Below, in pieces: positions 28,801 through 40,800 of a stretch of 64,000 nucleotides of DNA (its first letter is position 1; every line of letters starts with the position of its first letter). The position numbers and the translations under genes were made by a program. The notes under the pieces are model-generated. The model was not told the origin of the DNA, ran no database searches, and saw only the letters and a program-made list of their open reading frames with translations. Location of the stretch: the NCBI GenBank assembly GCA_035084275.1, contig CM068759.1, positions 2,542,001-2,606,000 of the forward strand, written 5' to 3'. The DNA is from Hydrolagus colliei. Its lineage: Eukaryota.

Positions 28801-31800
28801 GGTGTTTGGAATAATGGGAGGATTTCATGAAGTGTAAGTTAATAGTCTGTTTTCACTTGGTCGATGAGTCCAAAATGACGTAAATATAAGATAACCAGTG
28901 CAAGATGTGAAAGAGAATTTCAAAGCAACATCTTTATGCAGAAGGTGGTTAGGATATGGAACTCAAAGCTGGAAGCTATGGTCGAAAGGAAAAGCATCAA
29001 CATATATATTTAAGAGGAAATTTGATACACACGCAAGGGAGAAAAGAATAGAGGGATGTAGGGGGAGTAGATTAGGAAGCGTTCATGTGGCATATAAACA
29101 ATGTCTCCGATTAGTTGGACTGAGAGGTCTGTTTCTATGCTACAACAAACAGTCTAAGTATTTCTGTATAACGAATACAGTTTGGATGGATCACATGGCA
29201 GTTATAGGTTTCCAAGCATGTTTAATGCGTTATCATTTTGCTCTGGGAAAATCTCATCATGTCTACAGTAAATACTGATTTCTCTTTAATGAGGTCCTCA
29301 ACTGGAGATGGGCCAGCATCGTGTACGGGAGTCAATGCCTGGGCTGAGACATGAAGGTTGCTATTTAATTATTGCTCAGCGAGAACTCTGTGCCTTCAGG
29401 AACGAAACAGTGAAGACCAAAGAAAAACACAATATGTTAAATCACTTTTAGGACCCTTAGAGTTACTGATAGGTTTGTAGATTTGGTGGTTTCTCAGTTT
29501 GAATGGCAGCGTAAGCTTTTTTTTATTAAAGCTGTTCACGATAAGATTAGCAAAAGAATTGGGCATAGATTTTGACATTCGATAGCTGTCCTCGGAGTAA
29601 ATAGCAGTAGTCATTGAATATACAAAGTGGTGTGATGTGACATTCATTGATAATACAGAGAAAGTGAGAATGGATCCCACAGATAAGTTTTCATGTTGTG
29701 GCATTTGTCAAATATTTTATCTTGTCTGTTCGTGTGGTGATGGGTGAAAAGGTTAAGTTGACCTTGTCATTGCATATGACAGAATTGTACTAGGTTTGTG
29801 TCTCTAAGTCTCTTATGTAGATCAGAGACAATTTTAAACCTGTCATTCATTCAACCCTTTTTTCAAATATGTTCTCCACAGCATCCCACAAATTGTACTG
29901 AACATTGACCTTGCTCCAACAATATTAGATATCGCTGGCCTCGACATTCCACCTGAAATGGATGGCAAATCTATCCTTAAACTTCTGGAAACCGAAAAAC
30001 CGGTTAACAGGTAAGAATTTTGTAGCCGAGTGCAGGGGATCAAAAGATAAGACACAGCGCCTTTCACCATTAGTCACACAACGAGTCTCGTGATAGACTG
30101 ATATATTGATGAAAGACATTCTGTATTTCCCTTTCTGCTGACTCTTTGTCTTTGATATTCAATCTAAATCAGTGGCATTTCATTTGCATTCGGATTTGTT
30201 TTAATTGCAAAAGCTGACTTGTGAAATTGGTATTCTTCAAATCAAAAATCCCTTGACATCAAAGATTGAAAGCTAATGGCTGGCCAGCTGGCTGGTTTGC
30301 TTACACATCTTAATGTTTAGGACTTTGCCAACTTGAGGTTTACCATTTGAGGGCTGTGAGTTTTGCCAATGGACAAGTCAGAAACCGCTAATTGCTGTAA
30401 TGCAAGGAGTCCAATTTATAGATATTGTAATATGATCCCAATAAATTAAATTAGTAGGGTATCAAGTTTAACAAATGTGTGGAGGACTCTGTATCGAACT
30501 GGATAATATAAGGTTGCTGTGTTACAAAACCACACTAGTACAATAAAAGCCTGTTTATCCGGCACCCTCAGGACCTGGCCAATGCCGGTTAAAGCGCATG
30601 CCGGATGTTTGGCAGAAAACACACACACAAAAGAAAATGCCGGATAAATTCCGGATAATCGAATGCGGACCTTTTTTTTGCGGTGTTGGTTAGACATAAG
30701 TTACGGTTGATCGGGTCATGGATAAACAGGCTTTTACTATAGTAACCCAGTTTTCATCAAAGCAGATTCCTTCCCAGTCTTCCATTCAGTCAGAGTTATT
30801 CACATTATAATTGGGTCTTAAAAAAAATGTTGGAGTTTCAAACAGGTAAATAGCAGTGGCGTTGGAAAGATTTTAAAGAATCATTAATTTATTAATGTAA
30901 CAATTCCAATATTTTCAGGTTCAACGTAAACAAGAAAACAAAGGTTTGGCGAGATTCCTTCCTCGTGGAAAGAGGGTATGCCATTGTGTGGTAGTTTTTA
31001 AACAAATGATTACATATCTTGTAACTCTTCCATTACGGTCAACCATATTAAAAGTATGTTTCCCTTGCTAGTAAACTGTTGCATAAGAGGGAGGACAGTA
31101 AAAACTCTCAGGAGGAAAACTTTCTGCCAAAATATGAGAGAGTGAAGGACCTATGCCAGAGGGCAGAATACAAGACACCTTGTGAACAAGAAGGCCAGGT
31201 AAGTGAATGCCATCAACGCAGAACAATATATAGACCGCCCAAACCTAGCTACTTCATACCAACAGGAATCACAGTCTGTGGTTATGCACTAATCGAATGT
31301 AGATAGGATACTACACCAATAATAATAGTAATCCTTACATTTGATATAGTGCCTTATTTTGCCTTCTGGACGTTTCAAAGCGCTTCACAGAATGTACTGT
31401 CAAGTGAATTGACTGTGCATTTTGTGGGCAGTAAGGAGTGAAATTTCAGCCGCCAGCTGGTATGTTTGTAATATTAAATCTGCATTTACAAATTGGGAAA
31501 TTCAGCAATCTCCATTTTTTGGGTTAAAAAGCTCTATTTATGCACAAAGATATCACAAGCAGTGTTTGATTCCTGTCTGTTGTGCTTATGAGTGTGTAAG
31601 TTTTATGCAAGTGGTACTTTCATTGTGTCTCTGAAATGATGAGTGAATAGCGGTTTAATCAGACAGACAACCGATCACCTCAAATCGAAGATAGGAATGG
31701 AATTCAAACTAGTCAGGTGTACCAGTATTGTAGTGTGTCTAGCAAAGTCGTGTAACCCTAATCTATTGTAATGGACGTGAATTATATCCTGTGTAAATTT

Positions 31801-34800
31801 CTCTGCAAAATATTTTGCAAATATTATTGATGCGTGGACCCTGGTGTAAAACCACAGAATATATTTTTCTAAACCTCTGTGCATATCCCTTCTGTCAGTG
31901 ATTGCCATTATGCATCAAGGATAATGAGCTCGATGAAAGATACAAGCCCCAAAGAGCAAACGGCAGCAACAATGACACAACTCATGACACAACCTGGGAG
32001 ATTAGGCAGGGAAGTAGGCTAACACACGCTTTCAGCTTTGCCAACTGGGTTAGAATCCAGCTCGGATTCACGGTTGAAATTCTCCCCTCTTTCAGATTCT
32101 AATTTGAATGCGTTTCGGTCATGTCAACTCCAGTAATAATAATAATAATATACCTTGCATTTGATCTAGCCCCTTATCACGTCGTTGAGACATCTCAAAG
32201 CTCTTCACAAACTACACTCTAAAGTGAATTGACTGTATATTTTGTGCGCCTAATAGACACGATTCAATAATACAGTACATTGTGGAGTCCTGTAGCTCAG
32301 TGGTTAAAACACATCAGGACTGAAGAAGATTTTTTTGTTCCCACTGCAACGTTTCCTTGTGAAGCAAACTGATTCACAAAACAGTCAGGAGGTTAAAACA
32401 TTTTACAAACTACCAAAGCAAAAGTCTACAACTGAATCTTTACTGAACACAATCTAAACCCATTGGGATTTCCTTTCTTTTGGCCTGAGATGACCTTTCT
32501 ATTTCCTGTTATTCCTCTTAGACTAAGTTTCATTACCCTGTTTTAAAAAAAATAATAATAACACCAGTAATAACTTCAAGCTTGCAGCGGAAGTCACCGA
32601 GTTTGTTTGTCTCCAGTTTTTAAACTATCAAACAGAGCTACATTCTCATGCAGCTAAAACAAACAAAGCCTATTCTGATCAACCCTTTTGAGACGATTAA
32701 TCAGGGGGAAGGTCGCAACTGGCAATTGTACTGTGTTGTAAGTGGCGTCTTCCCAGAAGTGCATGCTGTGAGCTAAATGTTAACAGAAGTTAATGTCAAA
32801 ATCCTATGTATTTTTTTTCAATATTTTCTTTTTTTTTCCCCCTCCGTTCCTTTTTTTTTAAAAAAAATTGCTTCTTTTGATTTTTTTTTCTTTAGCAGAG
32901 ACCGCTTAAGATTAGATCCAAGATTGATTAATAAGAAGAATAATCCCTACGTTTGATATGGTGCCTTTCCTGTCACAAAGCCCTTCACATGATTTATTGC
33001 GCTGCGTATTTTGAAGGCAAATTCTATGCCCAGTAATGTCCCATAAGCATTTGTCCCATGATTCCGTACAAAATACACAGTTACTCACTGCACCACGCTA
33101 TATATACAGCACATCCTGTGAAGTGCTCAGGGACATCCTCCTGACGTGAAAAGCACTAAATCAAATGTAAGGAATATTATTACAAACATCCATAGAGTAA
33201 ATACACCCAATTGTATCCAGGAGATTGTTGGCTTGAACAACCGGAATGCCTCCTTGGGTTAATTTCACACTGCAAATTGTCAGCTAACCCTGGCTTCCTT
33301 TAGCAACTTTTTAGCAATCCGCATTTGATCAACGGCTGGGGGAGCAGTTTTATATTTTGAAGCAAATAAAAAGGTTCCCTCATTTGTCCACTCTCCAGCC
33401 CCCACTGCCTCTCTCCCTTTCCAAGTAGCCAATCGTGTTTCGCGTGCAGCCTAAACAGTCAAGCATTCCTCGGATGGTACCCTACATGAAGGGTGCTATA
33501 TATATAAATAATAATAATAATCCTTGCATTTGATGTTAGCGCCTTATCGTGTCTTCAAGACATCCCAAAGCGCGTCACAGAATGTACTGTAAAGTGGAGT
33601 GACTGTGTACTTTGTGGTGGGTGAAATGCGGCAGCCAGTTGCGCCTATGGATAATAATCCCTCAAGAAGAAAAGAAAGTTTAATGAATTGGTCACTTCAA
33701 TCCACGATTGTTTGTGGGACACTGCTGCGTGCAATTGGCTGCCGCGTTTCGTCCACAAACATGGCATGAAAAGTCAATGTCAAAAGCAGGGATTATTGTA
33801 ATTAGAGCAGCGTCCCACAAGCAGTCCTGGAGAGAGTGAGCAAATTATTATTGATATTATTATTAGATTTGAAGGGATTATTACCCTCCGGAAAGCGATC
33901 CGCGGATTGACTAAATTCAAGTTGTTGCCTCAGTTACGGGGAGGAGGAGGTGAGAGCGTGGAAGCTCAGTCTTGTTGATTAACGAGCGCTGCGTTTTGCG
34001 GTTGCCCCAAATTTCCCCCCAGCATGTTAACCGAGTGGTACATTCCTCAGAAATGGCAGTGCGTGGAGGACACGACGGGAAAGCTTCGGCTACACAAGTG
34101 CAAAGGGCCGGCTCCAGCATCGGCAGTTTCCATCAAAGACGGCACCAGCAGCCTACTCCCCAAGTCCTATAGCGGCACCGGAGACCACTGCCAATGCGAG
34201 GAAAATCGATACAAAATAAGCCAAAGAGTGCGGCAGAAACAGAAACTGTTCTCCAAGAGAAGTGAGTACAGCTTTATGGTTATTTTCTGTTACAATACCA
34301 CAGTGCGCATTGTGTACTGTGTGTGTCATTTCGCTGGATCACAGTACAAAACTACAATACCAAATTACATTTGTATAGTGCCTTTCACGTCAGAGGACAT
34401 CTCAAGGTGTGGAGAGTCAGGGGTTTGGACCTGAGCTGGGGTTGGGATCAGGGTAGGCGGTGGGTAGGAGGGTGGTCGAAGGTGCGGTCGAAGAGGAGGG
34501 TCTTGAAATCAATACCAATACCAATCCAACAGCTTCTTAGGATCGAATCAAGTTTTTTTTCGAACAGCAGGGAAAGAGTAGACATCCAGAATGGGGAATT
34601 AGAAACTACCAAATCCCTTTCGCTTACTCATTACACTTTGGGGAGACATTTCCTTGTGCAACATTTCACCCCAAACAGAAGGTTAACCAAAAGAATATCA
34701 CAAGTCAAGTAACTTCTTCACTTAGCCAGCAAAATAAATCTCCGTTGAATTCTCCAAGCTTGTGAAAGCAGAGTGTTGATGCACACTGCATATTGCAATG

Positions 34801-37800
34801 GTCATGACACTCGTAATATATCAGCGGCTGTAAAGTAACCGACATGAACAACTCCAATTGTTCCTCAAAAGGCTTACAACACTGACCAGCTCTAATCCTC
34901 CACATCTGGCTATTTGCTGCCTTCTAGTGACGGTTTTATTTCACAACACTGGCAACCCTCCTGCTCTCCAAGAACTCCTCCTCATGTTTTCTCCTGTCTT
35001 ATTGCCAAAGAACGTAGCATTAACATCAACCAACTCTGCTTTGCACATAGCGCCGCTCGCATTTATTCAAGATGTACAGCCATCGCGCCCGTGTCCCAGT
35101 GCCTTAGAAGCCCCTATTCTTTGAAGTGTGCAGTACGAGATGCAAATTCTCCAGGTCACTTTTTTTTTGTACATTGATTGTGGCAGGTGTAAAAACGCCG
35201 CCTCTTAATCGTTGCAAAAAATAGTTATCGCTGCAATTTGTTTTCACTTTTTCACAGAATTGAAGCAGAACTACATGCGCAACAGGTCAGTCCGTTCAGT
35301 GTCCATTGAACTGGAGGGAGAGGTTTACGATCTGGATTTGGATGAGGGATTCGATCCAGTTTTACCAAAGAACGTCAGTAAAAGGCATTATGTTGCTGAT
35401 GAGGATGAAGAGAACATGGGTGAAAGCAGCGGCACCGACAATAACAATGAATTAATTATACCCAGTTCGATTAAAGTCACACATAAGTAAGTTGCCACAT
35501 TATTTTCTTTCTGTGTTTTTTTTGTTTCTTTCCAAGCTTTCAACAAAGCTTTGCCTTATCCACGTCTACTCGGGATTCGTGTCATCAATCATTCAGCACC
35601 TCTGAAACCAGACAAATGGTGCTGCGAATCCCGTGTGGATTTTAATTCAATGGCTTACCTGAATAAATATGAGACAATCGGCCGTAATATGGAGCAGAAG
35701 GAGCGTTCCTCCAGTGACTTCCTAGATAGAATATTAGCCATTAGCCGCGTGTATAAATTTGTGGCAACATTCTCATAAAATTTTAATTGTGGTGCATTTA
35801 ACATGTACGTGAGTTTTTTTTGCTTGTCTATATGAGTGGTATTGTCAGCAACATCAAACACATTTAAGTCCACCATTATGAAGTATCAAATGAATTCTGA
35901 GATCTGTCATGCATTTGTGAATTCTAGCAATTAGATCGTGTTACAGCATATCTGGAAATAGATTTTTTTTGCCTGTTTGGAGTTAATTAGACCTCTATGA
36001 TATTATTATTATTAGTACAGTTTGGGATCTGTGAGCCTGCGATGATATGGAATTTGAACGTAAATATACGACATAGATCCCTTCAAACTTGGCTGGATTC
36101 ACACCTAGTGCCAAGAATGCGGCTATAGCCCAGTGTCTCACTCAGTTAACTTCTTGCAAGTTGTAATTTTAAAAGTGGGTTTAATAATACTGCAGTTAGT
36201 GAAATTAATTTTCAGTCATCCTTTGGATTAGGTCTTTCGTTTAAACTCATCGTCATCATCTGAAGAGAGTAGCACTGGTGAATGAAGTAACATTGAATGG
36301 AGATTACATACAGTTTCCTTTTGTTATTCCAGATGCTATATATTGGCCAATGACACAGTTCATTGTGATAGCGATCTGTACAAATCGCTCCAAGCGTGGA
36401 AGGATCACAAACTCCACATTGATCATGAGGTCAGTTGAGCCACGGAACTGATCATTACCCAAACCTATTTCACAGGACGATTCACCAATTGCGAGGAAAT
36501 TATTTCGGTCTTTCAACTCATTACAGTAACTAGTTTAAACTACTTTTGTAAAAGGCTAATTTTGTTTCATTTCAAGCATTGGTTGGAAATTAACCTGCAT
36601 ATTTCCCTTCAATTAGACAATTCTTGCTAGTCTAGCTATAGCTGTCAATTGAATAGTCCTATTGGGATATTTGACATATAGACCTAACCATTTAGGACTG
36701 AAAGATAAACATTCTGGTGAATTAATAATAAGAATTCTAGCATTTAATATAGCGCTTTTCACGTCTTCTAGACGTCTCAAAGCACTTCACAGAATATACT
36801 GTAAAGTGAATTGACTGTGTATTTGTGGGCAAAGAGCGACAGCCAATTGCGCACAGCAGTGTCCAATAAACAGTCATGGATTGAAACGACCAATTTATTA
36901 CACTTTTTTTTGAGGGAATATTGTCAGGCGTGTGGAGTGAGGAAACTTGCCCAAGGTTTCATCCTATCTGGCATCAAACTTCGGTCTCGCATTTGTAAGG
37001 CGAGTGCTCCAATTACTGAGCTACAGGACTCCACGCTTTCTGATGGATGAATGCTGTTCTCCCTTAACCTCTGTCCTTAGATTGAAACCCTCCAAACCAA
37101 AATAAAGAATTTACGTGAGGTCAGAGGACACTTGAAGAAAAAAAGGCCTGAAGGATGTGACTGTTCCAAATTGAGGTTCGTTTCAGGAATTCAAGCTCCC
37201 TTCATTGTATCATTGCAACAATCTTCTCTCACCACTCCACTAACATAATGTAGTCATTACCTTGTGTAATTATTCATGTATTATTTTATTCAATTAGTCA
37301 GGTTGAATAGATGGAATGAATTGCATCTTGAAATATGATTTCCACTCGATAATAATTTCCTCCTTCCTTCTGTTTGGTTTTATCCCGTTTGTGTTCTGTA
37401 GTTTCACCTCTAAACATAAGGGAATGAAAGGAAAGCTCAAGCACAAAGGAGCTAATCGTCATCCCTTCAAGTAAGTTCCTTATTAACTCAGTTACTAAGG
37501 AATAAACTAGCTATCGGGTTCCACGTCCCTGATGCCATAATCCAGTCTGTTTAGTCCAACTCCGCATTTGAGTTTATTCTTCTAAACTCTTGATGAAATA
37601 TTCTGGATTGCACGGTTGGCAAACCTTAGCTTTCATTACTCCCTTTTGGGCCATTTAATGGTTTGGCTGTTTATGTTTCTTTGCATTGAGACTGTGTCCT
37701 CACTCGATCTTGTTCCCCGCCTCAGGGAATTGGCTCAAACAATTTGGAGCTCTAACTGACTAAGATCATAGGGTCTCTCAAACCCAAGCAAGCAGTCCAC

Positions 37801-40800
37801 ACACGTGATGTCATTTCACGGTGAAATTTTTACAATTGGAATTCCCGTAAAGAAGTCAAACACATTTTTAAATGTTAGTGCACGGGGCATGTTATTTTGC
37901 AATAGCTTCAATCTTCAACTAGTTCTTTAATAATAATAATCCTAGCATTTTGTGTAGCGCCGTATCACGCCTTCAAGAAGTTTCTCAAAGCGCTTCACAT
38001 AGTATACTCTGAAGTCAATTGACTGCATCTTTTGTGGTTGAAATTATGTTATTGTTGGTGTGCCGCTATAATCTAATCATTTGGAGAGAACAAGTTTGAG
38101 GGGTTATGGGCAGAGAGCCAGGGAGTGGCATTGACTTTGAATAGTTCTTTTCAAAGAGCTGGCACAGACACGATGGGCTGAATGGCCTCGTTTTGTGCTG
38201 TACAATTCTATGATTCTAATGCCATGAGCTAGCAATGAATTGCTTTTACGTTAAGCTTCAGAAATGCCAAGAATTTTCGGACCACCCTTAATTTACAGTG
38301 CAACAAATATTATTTCTTCCCCCAAAGAAAGATTTACAGATTTCCAAGACCTTTTGTAAATATTGTCAGTGAGTTAACGTAACGTTTCAAGAAAAGTTTG
38401 GCAAATTCTAATAGCCATTTAATAAATGTTGTCCACCCATCTCATAATACTTAATATCACAGAGATAGGAAGGGTTTGCAAAGGGGATCTTTGGTTCCAC
38501 TCTTTGCTTTACTCTTTCTCGCCCGCTCTACTCACCTTCAGGAAAGGAGGCCAGGACAAGAACAACAATCTCTGGATCTTTAAGGAGGAGCGCAAGAAGA
38601 AGAAACTGCGGAAGATGCTGAAGAGGTTGAGAAACAATGACACATGCAGCATGCCCGGTCTCACCTGCTTCACACATGACAACCAGCATTGGCAGACCCC
38701 ACCATACTGGCAATGTAAGGCAATAAATCCGTCATTTCAATCCACGACTGTTTGTGGGACGCTGCTGTGCGCAATTGGCTGCCGCGTTTCACCTACAAAT
38801 ATACAGTCAAATAAATTTACTGTGTATTCTGTGAAATGTTTTGTGACATCTAGAAGACATGAAAAGCACTATATTAAATACAAGGATTATTATTTTTATT
38901 AATAGGCAACAGCAAATTCCTCAAAACCTAGTTATAGTTTAATGAATGGTACACGTGTACTCTGGAACTCCCTCTCCCTTTGGCTCATTGTCAGACTCCA
39001 TCACTGTAAAGCACTCCGCAATGCTACCACAGGTGAAGGACGCTATATAAATACAGATTGTTCTTATGGTACTGTTGGTGTTATTAGTTCTATTGCAGTA
39101 CCAGATAAATGGTTTTGTGCGCGAGGGAATAGTCAAGTGCTGCTAGTGTTCACAATTCCATTAAACACATGTATTAATTACATCTTTGGTGATTGCTGGC
39201 AGGAAGTATTTGTCATCCATTGAAATTGTATTTTGTGTAATGGCATTTAGTTACAGCATTGGTCGAAACCGGCTGTTACAAAGTTTTTATATGTCGTATA
39301 TATTTTTAAATCCGATCTCTAGACATTCCGATACGTGCCTAATACTGACGTCAGTATACTTTCTCTTCGAAACTGGTGATGTGATTATTTGGTTTGGAAA
39401 TGTGATGGGTGTTTTTATTGTTAAATTCATGTCCTTTCCCCTACTCACCTCTCGTTATTTTCTTTATTAACTTGTGTCCTTGTGTAGTTGGCCCCTTCTG
39501 CGCCTGCACCAGTGCAAATAACAACACCTATTGGTGCTTAAGGACCCTCAATGACACCCACAACTTTCTATTCTGTGAATTTGCGACAGGCTTTCTGGAG
39601 TATTTTGACATGAACACAGATCCTTACCAGGTAACGATACGCATAGACATCATTGATACGCATAGACATCATTGACAAACACTGTCGTAACATCAATCGT
39701 TGATTTTCTCCCTAGAATAAGAACTCTGCCCACACAAGCTTTTAAAGACAAATGAAATTAGTTCACTTTTCAATTAGTTTCACTTGTCCTCTTTTCAAGT
39801 CTGGACTTGTATCCTTTTCGTAAATGCTTGGGACTTTTCTTGATCAACTGTGTGTCTGACACATCATTACAGTTAAGACATAGCCACGCCTGACTTAAAG
39901 AGTTCCATATACTGTATATATTCCTACCCATGCATGGAAATTTACCATTGAACTGGAAGGGAGTGGACGCTCTTACCTAATTCCAGAAAGTATTCAGTGC
40001 AGGATGCCGGGAATCAAGGCTTAGGGACCCCAGAGTGTGAGTGGGATGCGAGTGGAATTTCACTGATGATCGATGTCAAGGTCGTTGTAATCTGTTTTTG
40101 CATTCTTCCGTGTTTAGCTTATTAATGTGGTGAACACATTAGATCGAGATGTGTTGAACCTGCTACATGTACAACTTATGGAGTTACGCAGCTGCAATGG
40201 CGCAAAACAGTGCAACCCACGGACCAAGTATATGGGCACAGGTACACACTGACACTGACAACCCGTTCCTCCCAGAATAGCAGCATTTCTGCTATTGTCT
40301 ATATGGTCCACATATGATATTGCTTTTCTTTACATTGTGATTTTTTATGTTTGTATTTACAATGGTCACTTAACTTTTAATTTTAATTTTCAACAAGTGA
40401 TTAGAAGTACAGTATTAACTGCCATAAATTACATTTCCAGTGATAGATGATTCCACGTTAAACTGTTTATTGAAAAAGTCAAGCATAAGGCTTTGGAATG
40501 ACTCCTTGCTTGTTAAATAGAAATTCAGCCGTTTGGTCGTTACGCTATCTACCTCAAGTAAATCTAAATTTAATTGTAGTTACTGGTTTTCTGTTTTGTT
40601 TACTCGTGTTTGTTAAGCTCAAGTAAGATTGGTGTTCGCTGTTAATTCGTCTTAATGTTTTTCCTGTTTAGAAGAGAAAGCTGAGGAAAACTTTGATCAA
40701 TACAGGTACCTTTGCTTATATTTCAGTTTTTTGGGGGTGTTTTTTTTAGAAATGTGATTTTCACCAAGTCTTATTTGTGCTACTTATTAATCAAAAGGTA

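Noticed and set aside
31804-31819. 16-bp palindrome tgcaaaatattttgca
   Set aside because: About one or more such palindromes are expected in 64 kb of AT-rich DNA.
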